Positions 10,618 to 19,513 of a DNA stretch of 64,000 bases are shown in pieces; position 1 is the stretch's first letter, and each line of letters opens with the position of its first letter. Source of the DNA: Candidatus Omnitrophota bacterium (GTDB taxonomy: Bacteria; Omnitrophota; Gorgyraeia; Zapsychrales; Fredricksoniimonadaceae); the NCBI GenBank assembly GCA_028870995.1, contig JAGWOI010000005.1, positions 39,807 through 103,806 on the forward strand, written 5' to 3'. The notes below the pieces were generated by a model, which saw only the letters and a list, made by a program, of their open reading frames with translations, was not told the DNA's origin and made no database searches. The position numbers and the translations under genes were made by a program.

Positions 10618-10631
10618 CAGCATAATAATTT

Positions 10632-12665
10632 ATGTCCGCGCTGCCGTCGTTTTTCAATAATAAATTACCCATTCTCAAGCAAATCCCCATTTTTCACGGC
10701 CTGAACTGGTTCGAATTAAACCGGGTCAGCCGTTATGTCGAGGTTGTTGATTTCAACAAAGGGGATATCATTTGCCGCCAAGGGGCGCCGGCGGATGCTT
10801 TTTATGCCCTGGTTTCAGGACGGGTGTATTCCTATACACTTGACCATTATGGAAAAAAGCAGGATGTTGATTTCATCCTGCGCGGCATGCAGTTTGGCAT
10901 CATATCGGCGCTGACCGGAGAAAACCATTCCCACACCTATGAAGCCATCAACGACTCCATTGTCATCAAGATCAACAGGGACAATTTCTCCCAGCTGCTC
11001 AAATCAATCCCTAAGTTAGGCGTGGCCCTAAGCCAAACCCTGTCCCACCGCATGCACAGTCATGTCACCCATGCCAGAAGCCAGGAAAGCACCATCATTG
11101 CCGTTTATGCGCCTGTGGCAGGGTCCGGGGCTTCTACCTATGCGGCGAACCTGGCCTTGCATTTGAAAGAGCAGACCGATAAAAAAGTCCTGCTGCTGAG
11201 CCTTTCTTCCAACAAGGATGAGGAGCGTCCGGCTTTGGGGAACATCGTCGGGGACCACCAGGCCATCATGAATGCCATCAGCAAAGGGGTCCTGGCGGTA
11301 GACCTTTTGAGCGTTAAGTTTGACGCGCAAAATCCGGCGCTGGCAGGCAAGATCAGCCAGTTTGTCAGCGCGCCGGTCAATGATTATCATTACATCGTCC
11401 TGGATCTGCCCAATGAAATGGATGATGTGGTCATGAAAACCTTGACACAGTCGGACATCATTCATCTGGTCAGCCTGGACAACGAAAGGGACCTGGACAC
11501 CACCCGCCATGTCATTGACAAGATCAGCGCCAGCCTCAAAGAGAAGTTCCAGACCGAACGGGTCCAGGTCATCATCGGTGGGGTCAACGAGGGAAACCAA
11601 CTGACGCCCCAAGAGATACAAAAGATACTCAATTATGACGTCTTCCTCTTTTTACCGCACCTTCAGGCCCATGAGTTTTCCTATAAAAAAGTCGCTCCTG
11701 GTTTTTCTTTTGTTGAAGTGGATGCTAAAAGCGAATACGCCAAGACCATACGCCGGCTTTCCCGCCAGATAAGCCAAGTGATGGTTGGGCTGGTGCTGGG
11801 CGGCGGGGCCGCCCTGGGGCTGGCGCATATCGGTGTCATCCGGGTTTTAGAGCGGGAGGGGATCCTTGTTGATGTGGTGGTCGGCAGCAGCATGGGGGCC
11901 CTGGTGGCCAGCCTTTGGGCGGTAGGGCACAGCGCCGACGAACTGGAGAAATTCGGGCAGGAGTTTCAGAACAAGTCCGCCTTGCTCAATGTCTGGGATC
12001 CCATAATCCCGATAGCTGGTATTGTCGGCGGCGAGGGCATCTCGCACTGGCTTAAGGGCAAGCTGGACAACAAAACTTTTCATGACAGCAAGATCCCTTT
12101 AAGGATCGTGACCTACGACCTTTTTCACCGCAAGGAGATCGTTGTCAGCGACGGCACTCTGGTCGATGCGGTGCGCAAAAGTGTCGCCATTCCAGGGGTC
12201 ATCAAGCCGGTCATGGAAGGCCGGCAGATGATCATCGACGGCGGCGTCCTCAACCCGCTGCCCACCAATGTCCTGGTGGACATGGGGGTCAAGAAGATCA
12301 TTGCCATCAACGTGCTGCAATCACCCGAAGAGGTGGATTGGTCCCAGAAAATGGCGGACGAGCATTTAGTCAGGTGTTTCAATATGCCTTTTGCCAAGCA
12401 TCCTTTCAAATTCTTAGGGTTTAGGTTAGGATGGCTGCTGGCCAAAATGTTCACGCCCAATATCGCTGACATCATCGTACGCACCCTGCAAGCTTCGGAA
12501 TTTGTGATCGCGGAGGCAAGCGCGCGTCAGGCGGATGTCCTGATCCATCCGGATTTAAGGGGGATCAACTGGTTTGAGTTGTACAAGGTCGACGAGCTGA
12601 TCCAGCGCGGGGAAGCCGCCGCCCAAAAAGCCCTTCCGGCCATCAAGGCCCTGGTCTCCCGATAA
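10632..12665 (+). CDS. Cyclic-nucleotide-binding / MinD-CpaE-like P-loop / patatin phospholipase fusion (NTE/RssA family)
   Basis: N-terminal cNMP fold (KGDIICRQG...FYALVSGRV), central AGSGAST and YHYIVLD, C-terminal GGGAALG, GSSMG, DGG. Confidence 0.88.
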   Translation: MSALPSFFNNKLPILKQIPIFHGLNWFELNRVSRYVEVVDFNKGDIICRQGAPADAFYALVSGRVYSYTLDHYGKKQDVDFILRGMQFGIISALTGENHSHTYEAINDSIVIKINRDNFSQLLKSIPKLGVALSQTLSHRMHSHVTHARSQESTIIAVYAPVAGSGASTYAANLALHLKEQTDKKVLLLSLSSNKDEERPALGNIVGDHQAIMNAISKGVLAVDLLSVKFDAQNPALAGKISQFVSAPVNDYHYIVLDLPNEMDDVVMKTLTQSDIIHLVSLDNERDLDTTRHVIDKISASLKEKFQTERVQVIIGGVNEGNQLTPQEIQKILNYDVFLFLPHLQAHEFSYKKVAPGFSFVEVDAKSEYAKTIRRLSRQISQVMVGLVLGGGAALGLAHIGVIRVLEREGILVDVVVGSSMGALVASLWAVGHSADELEKFGQEFQNKSALLNVWDPIIPIAGIVGGEGISHWLKGKLDNKTFHDSKIPLRIVTYDLFHRKEIVVSDGTLVDAVRKSVAIPGVIKPVMEGRQMIIDGGVLNPLPTNVLVDMGVKKIIAINVLQSPEEVDWSQKMADEHLVRCFNMPFAKHPFKFLGFRLGWLLAKMFTPNIADIIVRTLQASEFVIAEASARQADVLIHPDLRGINWFELYKVDELIQRGEAAAQKALPAIKALVSR

Positions 12666-12672
12666 ATCCCTC

Positions 12673-12724
12673 TTGTCAAAGCCGCCAAACAGTGATATCC
12701 TAAATACGTCAAAAATTGAAGTAT
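12673..12724 (+). promoter_or_regulatory. Promoter plus palindromic operator for the nfu-suf operon
   Basis: TTGTCA 12673-12678, 17 bp, TGaTATCCT (-10 12696-12701); ATACGTCAA-AAA-TTGAAGTAT 12704-12724. Confidence 0.65.
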
Positions 12725-12760
12725 ATAGCCCTCTATAGGGCCAATGCTAGGAGTGTATGT

Positions 12761-13354
12761 ATGGAAATTAAAACCATGATCCAGAGCACGCCAAACCCCA
12801 ACGCGCTCAAATTTGTCTTGAATATGCCTGTTAAGAATGAAGGAAAGGTGACGTACAAAAACGCCGGCCAATGTCAGCATAATCCCATGGCCGCGGCCTT
12901 ATTTACGGTCCCGAATGTTACGGAAGTTTATTTCTTTGACAATTACATCACCGTGACCCAGGACGGCGGGGTGGATTGGGACGAGATTGAAGAGCAGATC
13001 AAGAAGATCGTTCTTGAATATGCGCCCACCCATGACCCTGATTTTAAGGTGGAAGAAGAGAAAAGGCCTTCCACTCCAGTGTCGGATAATCCTGAGATCG
13101 CCAAGATCAACGCGATTCTGGACAACACCATCCGTCCCGGGCTGCAGATGGACGGCGGGGACCTTCAGATCGTCAGCTTCGACGGGACAAATTTGATCGT
13201 CAATTACCAGGGCGCGTGCGGCTCCTGCCCCAGTTCCACCATGGGCACCCTGAAGGTGATCGAAAGCATCCTGCGCGATCAATATAATCCCGAGATCGTG
13301 GTGCAAACAGAAGGCGGGATGGTAGGAGGATATTCTCATGGAGAGCCTTATTAA
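12761..13354 (+). CDS. Nfu-type Fe-S cluster carrier (Nfu_N + NifU C-terminal domain)
   Basis: TPNPNALKF, IRPGLQMDGGD, YQGACGSCPSS; AGGAG RBS before ATG 12761. Confidence 0.92.
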   Translation: MEIKTMIQSTPNPNALKFVLNMPVKNEGKVTYKNAGQCQHNPMAAALFTVPNVTEVYFFDNYITVTQDGGVDWDEIEEQIKKIVLEYAPTHDPDFKVEEEKRPSTPVSDNPEIAKINAILDNTIRPGLQMDGGDLQIVSFDGTNLIVNYQGACGSCPSSTMGTLKVIESILRDQYNPEIVVQTEGGMVGGYSHGEPY

Positions 13355-13679
13355 CAAAAAATGCTTGCCTTGCGAAGGCATCGGCCGCGCCTTGACCCAG
13401 GGGGAAGTGCAGTCCCATTTAGGGGAGATCCCCGGCTGGGCCATCGGCAGTGACGGCAAAAGCATCGAACGTTCTTTGACCCTCAAAAATTTTGTCGCTT
13501 GTGTCAATTTTATAAACAAGATCAAGGACATCGCCGAAGACCAGCAGCACCATCCGGATGTGCATTTGACCGGGTATAAGCATTTAAAAGTGGTCTTATA
13601 TACGCACGCGCTTGGCGGAATTACGGAGAATGACTTGATCCTGGCCGCCAAGATCAATCAATTGGAGGCGCATGTTTAA
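13338..13679 (+). CDS. phhB: Pterin-4a-carbinolamine dehydratase
   Basis: AEDQQHHPDV, YTHALGGITENDLILAAKI; N-terminal CLPCEG. Confidence 0.92.
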   Translation: MESLINKKCLPCEGIGRALTQGEVQSHLGEIPGWAIGSDGKSIERSLTLKNFVACVNFINKIKDIAEDQQHHPDVHLTGYKHLKVVLYTHALGGITENDLILAAKINQLEAHV

Positions 13680-14142
13680 AATCAACCGGAAATTGGAATA
13701 CGCTTTGATCTCGCTAAGGCACATGAGCGCCAAAGCGCCCGGCCAGTTGACATCGGCCAAGGAAGTCTGCGATATCTATCATACGCCTTTTGACCCCACC
13801 TCCCGCGTGCTGCAGATCATGGCCCAGCACGAGATCGTGCGTGCGGAGCAGGGGGCACATGGCGGGTACCAAATCTTGAAGGACCTCTCCAAGATCACTC
13901 TTTTCGATTTAACCCAGATCATCGAGGGCCCCATCCAGATCGTCAACTGTTTCCACGGTAATTATTCGCATTGCGACATGACATCCAGCTGCAACGTCAT
14001 TTCGCCCATGCTTAATTTGAATGAACGGATCGCGGAGATGTTCAAGACCATCAATGTGCGGGAATTGATCTCCTCGCGTAACCAGGGGGAGAGGCTCATC
14101 CGTTCCAAACCTTTTGTTCAGGAAGCCCAGGCCAAGGAGTGA
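13672..14142 (+). CDS. Rrf2-family transcriptional regulator (IscR/SufR-like)
   Basis: EYALISL, GAHGGYQ wing, three Cys in [16 protein letters not shown]. Confidence 0.92.
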   Translation: MFKINRKLEYALISLRHMSAKAPGQLTSAKEVCDIYHTPFDPTSRVLQIMAQHEIVRAEQGAHGGYQILKDLSKITLFDLTQIIEGPIQIVNCFHGNYSHCDMTSSCNVISPMLNLNERIAEMFKTINVRELISSRNQGERLIRSKPFVQEAQAKE

Positions 14143-14143
14143 T

Positions 14144-15601
14144 ATGTCAGATATTGTTAAACAAAAAGAACTGGAAGATAATAAGCTGGCCGGTGAATAC
14201 CGTTACGGATTTCATACGGTCATTGCTGAAGATAAGGCACCCAAAGGCTTAAATGAGGACATCGTTGCCCTTATTTCCGCCAAGAAGAAAGAGCCGGAAT
14301 GGATGCTGGAGTGGCGCCTGAAGGCCTTTCGCCATTGGCAAAAGATGCAGGAGCCGTCCTGGCCCAATTTTGAATACGGCCCTATTGATTACCAGGACAT
14401 CTACTATTATTCGGCGCCCAAGCAAAAGAAGGAAAACCCCAAGAACCTTTCCGAGGTCGACGAAGAGTTGCTCAAGACCTTCGACCGGCTGGGCATTCCC
14501 TTGACCGAACAGAAGCGCCTGACCGGGGTGGCGGTGGATGCCGTCTTCGACAGCATTTCTGTCGGGACCACCCACCAGGGCGAGCTGGCCAAGCACGGCA
14601 TCATCTTTTGCTCCATGTCGGAGGCCATCCTCCATCATCCGGAATTGGTGAAAAAATATTTGGGATCGGTTGTTCCCTATACGGATAATTTTTTTGCCAC
14701 CCTAAATTCGGCGGTATTTTCCGACGGCTCATTTTGCTATATCCCCAAGGGCGTACGCTGCCCGCTGGAACTTTCCACCTATTTTCGCATCAACGCAGAG
14801 GACACCGGGCAGTTTGAACGCACGTTGATCGTGGCCGAAGACAGCAGTTATGTCAGTTATCTGGAAGGCTGCACCGCGCCCATGCGTGATACCAACCAAT
14901 TGCATGCCGCAGTGGTTGAATTGGTGGCATTGGATGATGCCGAGATCAAGTATTCGACGGTGCAGAACTGGTATTCCGGGGACAAGGAAGGCAAGGGCGG
15001 TATTTATAACTTTGTCACCAAGCGCGGCAAATGCTTAGGCGCCCGTTCCAAGATTTCCTGGACCCAGGTGGAGGCAGGCAGTGCCATCACCTGGAAGTAC
15101 CCGAGCGTCATTCTGCAAGGCGACCATTCGGTAGGGAAATTTTATTCCGTGGCCCTGACCAACAACCGCATGACCGCGGACACCGGCACCAAGATGATCC
15201 ATATCGGCAAGAACACCAGGAGCACCATCGTCTCCAAGGGCATCTCTTCGGATTTTGCCCATAACAGCTACCGGGGCCTGGTCAAGATCATGCCGACCGC
15301 CGAGGGGGCCAGGAATTTCTCCCAATGCGATTCCATGCTGGTGGGCAACAAGTGCAGCGCCAATACTTTTCCGTATATTGAGGTCAAGAACAACACGGCG
15401 GTGGTTGAACACGAGGCTTCCACCTCCAAGATCAACGCCGAGCAGATGTTTTACCTGCGTTCGCGCGGGCTTGATCTGGAAGAGGCGGTGTCGCTTATCA
15501 TCAACGGGTTTTGCAAGGACGTGTTCAAGGAGCTGCCTTTGGAATTTTCCGTCGAGGCAGTTAAATTACTGGAAATGAAACTGGAAGGGAGTGTCGGCTA
15601 A
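14144..15601 (+). CDS. sufB: Fe-S cluster assembly protein SufB
   Basis: [32 protein letters not shown]. Confidence 0.97.
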   Translation: MSDIVKQKELEDNKLAGEYRYGFHTVIAEDKAPKGLNEDIVALISAKKKEPEWMLEWRLKAFRHWQKMQEPSWPNFEYGPIDYQDIYYYSAPKQKKENPKNLSEVDEELLKTFDRLGIPLTEQKRLTGVAVDAVFDSISVGTTHQGELAKHGIIFCSMSEAILHHPELVKKYLGSVVPYTDNFFATLNSAVFSDGSFCYIPKGVRCPLELSTYFRINAEDTGQFERTLIVAEDSSYVSYLEGCTAPMRDTNQLHAAVVELVALDDAEIKYSTVQNWYSGDKEGKGGIYNFVTKRGKCLGARSKISWTQVEAGSAITWKYPSVILQGDHSVGKFYSVALTNNRMTADTGTKMIHIGKNTRSTIVSKGISSDFAHNSYRGLVKIMPTAEGARNFSQCDSMLVGNKCSANTFPYIEVKNNTAVVEHEASTSKINAEQMFYLRSRGLDLEEAVSLIINGFCKDVFKELPLEFSVEAVKLLEMKLEGSVG

Positions 15602-16356
15602 TGCTTCAAATCAAGGATTTACATGCCGGTATCGAAGGCAAGGAAATTTTAAAGGGCATTTCATTGGGCGTAAACGCCGGCGAAGTGCATGCGATCATGG
15701 GGCCCAACGGTTCCGGCAAGAGCACCTTGTCCAAGGTGCTGGCCGGTCATCCTCAATACGAGGTCACTTCAGGCTCCATCGAATACGAGGTTAATTTCAA
15801 GAAGCTGGAATTAGTCGGCATGGAACCCGACGAACGTGCCCGCGAAGGCATCTTTCTGGCTTTCCAGTATCCGGTGGAAATACCCGGCGTGCCCAGCTCG
15901 GTGTTTTTGCGCGCGGCGTTCAACGCCATCTGCCGCCATCAGGGGGCTGAGGAAATGGACCCCATCGATTTCGACAGTTATGTCCGTGAGAAAATGAAGC
16001 TCCTGGAAATGGACGATAAATTCATCGACCGTCCGGTCAACGTGGATTTCTCCGGCGGCGAGAAAAAACGCAATGAGATCCTGCAAATGGCGGTCCTGAA
16101 CCCTAGGCTGTCGATCCTGGATGAAACGGATTCCGGCCTGGACATCGATTCCATGAAGATCGTGGCCGCCGGCGTCAATAAGCTGCGCCGCAAGGATAAT
16201 GCCGTTATCCTGATCACCCATTATCAGCGGCTGCTCAATTATATCCAGCCCGATTTTGTCCACATCCTCTACGACGGCAAGATCATCAGGTCTGAAGGCA
16301 GGGAATTGGCCCTGGAAGTCGAAAACCGCGGATATGATTGGCTCATCAAAAGGTAA
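15601..16356 (+). CDS. sufC: Fe-S cluster assembly ATPase SufC
   Basis: GPNGSGKST, FSGGEKKRNE, LDETDSGLDID. Confidence 0.97.
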   Translation: MLQIKDLHAGIEGKEILKGISLGVNAGEVHAIMGPNGSGKSTLSKVLAGHPQYEVTSGSIEYEVNFKKLELVGMEPDERAREGIFLAFQYPVEIPGVPSSVFLRAAFNAICRHQGAEEMDPIDFDSYVREKMKLLEMDDKFIDRPVNVDFSGGEKKRNEILQMAVLNPRLSILDETDSGLDIDSMKIVAAGVNKLRRKDNAVILITHYQRLLNYIQPDFVHILYDGKIIRSEGRELALEVENRGYDWLIKR

Positions 16357-16360
16357 AGTG

Positions 16361-17671
16361 ATGGAACAACAAGCTCCCTTAAATATCGAAGGGCTGGCCG
16401 AGTACCAGTCTAAATTATTCAATAATTCAACCCCGTGGCTGAAGTCTTTTCGACGGCAGAGTTTTGATCAATGGTCGGCCGCAGCCATGCCCGGCCCCAA
16501 GGAGGAGGAATGGAAGTATACACCCCTTTCGCCCCTGGTCAGCCGTTGTTTTCAACTGGCCAAACGCCATCAATTGATCGAGGATAGGCAATTCGAGAAT
16601 TACCGCAGCAAGGCAGACATCAATGTGGTCCTGGTTAACGGCGTTTTATGGGCGGAACTGTCGAATTTAAAGAATCTTCCTGCGGGGCTTCAGATTTCTG
16701 CATTCAGTGAGGCCTTATCCCATGGCGGCGATGGGGCTCAGGACACCATCGCTAAATTGACGGCCAACGATTCCAAGCCGTTTTTATGGATGAACCAGGC
16801 TCTTTTTTTGGACGGCGCTTTTATCGAGGTGGCCGAGGAAGCCAGGATCGAACCCCTGATCCATATCATTCATATCACCAGCGGCATTGTACCCGATACG
16901 GTCGTTTTTCCGCGTTCCTATGTTTCCGTCGGGAAGTCGGCTGCCGTCAATATCATGGAAAGCCACATTTGTTTTGAGCCGGTGGCCTATCTGGCCAATG
17001 CGGTAACCGATATCCGCATTGGACAAGAGGCCCTGGTGGGCTATTGCAAGGCCCAGGCCGAATCGCATCAGGCCACCCATATAGGCAGCACCCGTATCTG
17101 GCAGGAGAGGGCCAGTTGCCTGGATTCCTTTTCGTTCAATCACGGCGGATTGCTTGTGCGCAACAATCTTTCTATCCTCATCAAGGGCGAGGGAACGCAT
17201 ACGATCATGAACGGCCTTTACGGCATCGACGGTGACCAGCACGTCGATAATCATACGCTTCTGGATATCCGGCATCCCAATTGCTCCAGTTATCAGCTCT
17301 ATAAGGGGCTTTTGAACGGCAAGTCCAGGGCGGTGTTTAACGGCAAGATCTATGTGCATGCCGATGCTCAGAAAACCGATGCCTACCAGCTCAATAAACA
17401 CTTGTTGCTGGGCAAGGAAGCGCGGGTCGACACCAAGCCCCAATTGGAGATTTTTGCCGATGATGTCAAATGCACGCACGGGGCCACCATCGGCCAGCTG
17501 AATGAGGATGAGGTCTTTTATTTGCAAAGCCGCTGCATCCCCAAGCAGACAGCTATTGGGCTGTTGTCCAAGGGATTTATCGACGATATCATCAATACCG
17601 TCAAAAGCGACGCCATCCGTGTCAAATTAAACCGGCTGCTGCTTAAGAAATTCCCGGAAATAAAACTGTAA
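16361..17671 (+). CDS. sufD: Fe-S cluster assembly protein SufD
   Basis: EEWKYT, KPQLEIFADDVKCTHGATIG; position in operon. Confidence 0.95.
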   Translation: MEQQAPLNIEGLAEYQSKLFNNSTPWLKSFRRQSFDQWSAAAMPGPKEEEWKYTPLSPLVSRCFQLAKRHQLIEDRQFENYRSKADINVVLVNGVLWAELSNLKNLPAGLQISAFSEALSHGGDGAQDTIAKLTANDSKPFLWMNQALFLDGAFIEVAEEARIEPLIHIIHITSGIVPDTVVFPRSYVSVGKSAAVNIMESHICFEPVAYLANAVTDIRIGQEALVGYCKAQAESHQATHIGSTRIWQERASCLDSFSFNHGGLLVRNNLSILIKGEGTHTIMNGLYGIDGDQHVDNHTLLDIRHPNCSSYQLYKGLLNGKSRAVFNGKIYVHADAQKTDAYQLNKHLLLGKEARVDTKPQLEIFADDVKCTHGATIGQLNEDEVFYLQSRCIPKQTAIGLLSKGFIDDIINTVKSDAIRVKLNRLLLKKFPEIKL

Positions 17672-17679
17672 TTTGTCCT

Positions 17680-18906
17680 ATGTCTTCTTTTGACGTTCAC
17701 CGCTATCGAGCGGAGTTCCCCAATCTTAAAATCAATGTCCACGGCAAGCCCCTCGTTTATCTGGATAATGCGGCGACCACGCTCAAGCCGCGTTGTGTGA
17801 TTGATGCCGTCAACGCGTATTATGTGACCGGCGTATCTAACGTGCATCGCGGCGTGCATTTCTTAAGCGAGCAGGCTACCGCGGCCTTTGAATATTCCCG
17901 TCAGGTGGTGCGCCAGTTCCTTCACGCGGCCAAGGTGCATGAGATCATTTTTACCAAGGGCGCCACCGAGTCGTTGAACCTGGTGGCCCAGTCCTTTGGC
18001 CGGCAATTCCTTAAAAAGGGCGATGAGATCATCATTTCCCACATGGAGCATCATTCCAACATCGTGCCCTGGCAGCTTCTTTGCGAGCAAACTGGCTGTG
18101 TGCTTAAGGTGATCCCCATCAATGAGAAAGGCGAAATCATTTTTGAAGAATATCTCAAGCTCTTATCGGACAAAACCAAGCTTGTCTCGGTTGTTTGGGT
18201 TTCCAATTCATTAGGGACCGTGAATCCCATCAAGGCCATTATTGATGCGGCCCATCAAAGAGGCGCGGTGGCGGTCATCGACGCGGCCCAGGGCGTGACC
18301 CATGCGCCGACGGATGTGCAGGCCCTGGATTGCGATTTTTTGGTCTTTTCGGGACATAAGATCCTAGGCCCCACAGGAGTCGGGGTGCTTTACGGCAAGG
18401 AGAAATGGCTGGAGGCCATGCCGCCTTATCAGGGAGGCGGGGATATGATCAAAAGTGTCAGCTTCTCCAAGACTTTGTATAACGCCTTGCCTTATAAATT
18501 TGAAGCCGGAACGCCGCCTATTGCGGAGGTCATCGGCCTGCGCTCGGCCCTTGATTTTTTGCAGACCATCAATTGGGAGGCAATGAAGGCCCACAAGCAG
18601 GAACTGCTTGATTACGGGACCAAAAAGCTTTTAACCATCGATGGTGTGCGTATCATCGGAACGGCCCATAAGAAGACTTCCATCATATCCTTTGTGGTAG
18701 AGGGTGTTCATCCCCATGACCTCGGTACCATTGTGGACCAGGATGGGGTGGCCATCCGCACCGGCCATCACTGCACCCAGCCGGTGATGGAATTCTTCAA
18801 CGTCCCGGCCACGGCCAGGGCCTCGATGGCTTTCTACAATACCAAGGAAGAGCTCGATATCCTGGCCAAGGCCGTTGTCCGTGCCAAGGAGATCTTTCAT
18901 GCGTGA
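17680..18906 (+). CDS. sufS: Cysteine desulfurase SufS
   Basis: YLDNAATT, EHHSN, FSGHK, RTGHHC. Confidence 0.97.
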   Translation: MSSFDVHRYRAEFPNLKINVHGKPLVYLDNAATTLKPRCVIDAVNAYYVTGVSNVHRGVHFLSEQATAAFEYSRQVVRQFLHAAKVHEIIFTKGATESLNLVAQSFGRQFLKKGDEIIISHMEHHSNIVPWQLLCEQTGCVLKVIPINEKGEIIFEEYLKLLSDKTKLVSVVWVSNSLGTVNPIKAIIDAAHQRGAVAVIDAAQGVTHAPTDVQALDCDFLVFSGHKILGPTGVGVLYGKEKWLEAMPPYQGGGDMIKSVSFSKTLYNALPYKFEAGTPPIAEVIGLRSALDFLQTINWEAMKAHKQELLDYGTKKLLTIDGVRIIGTAHKKTSIISFVVEGVHPHDLGTIVDQDGVAIRTGHHCTQPVMEFFNVPATARASMAFYNTKEELDILAKAVVRAKEIFHA

Positions 18907-19345
18907 CGAACTCTATCAGCAGACCATCCTCGAGCATAACCGCCATCCCAAGAATTTTAAGAAGCTTGAGGGGGCCACGCATGAGGCCGAAGGCTACAAT
19001 CCCTTGTGTGGAGACCATCTTTGGGTCTATATGAAAATTAATGATAAAGGCATTATCGAAGAGGCTGCTTTTCAAGGTTCCGGATGTGCCATTTCCAAGG
19101 CCTCGGCTTCCATGATGACATCATCCCTTAAGGGCAAGAGCATGGAGGAGGCCAAGGTACTGTTTGAAGAGTTTCATCAGCTGGTCATCGGCGAGCTTAA
19201 GCCTGACGAGAAACATCATCACCTGGGCAAACTGGCTGTTTTCTCCGGCATCTGGCAGTACCCGGCCCGTGTTAAATGTGCTTCCTTAAGCTGGCACACC
19301 ATGCATGGTGCACTGGAAAAAGCGAAAACAGTATCTACAGAATAG
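18899..19345 (+). CDS. sufU: SUF system sulfur-transfer protein SufU
   Basis: NPLCGD, GCAISKASAS, PARVKCA. Confidence 0.95.
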   Translation: MRDELYQQTILEHNRHPKNFKKLEGATHEAEGYNPLCGDHLWVYMKINDKGIIEEAAFQGSGCAISKASASMMTSSLKGKSMEEAKVLFEEFHQLVIGELKPDEKHHHLGKLAVFSGIWQYPARVKCASLSWHTMHGALEKAKTVSTE

Positions 19346-19405
19346 ACCATGATTGCATGATAGGACCGTTTCTAAATATCCTATTGCCTTATAATAAGTT
19401 CTGGC

Positions 19406-19447
19406 AGAAGTGTCCCCATATTCATAAATTGGAAAAGGGACACTTCT
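19406..19447. repeat. 11-bp perfect inverted repeat between sufU and moaA
   Basis: AGAAGTGTCCC 19406-19416 / GGGACACTTCT 19437-19447. Confidence 0.6.
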
Positions 19448-19513
19448 ATTGTAACTCTTTTGAGCTCTAAGGCTTTTGTGGAAACGGTCCAAGGTAGAAC
19501 AAGGTAGAACTTT

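Noticed and set aside
10632-12665. Patatin as a CBASS CapV-type defence effector
   Set aside because: No CD-NTase or other defence genes nearby; motifs fit the NTE/RssA type
19346-19513. Moco riboswitch upstream of moaA
   Set aside because: Only scattered words (CTAAGG, GGAAAC) and no multi-stem structure I can build; needs an Infernal search to exclude fully
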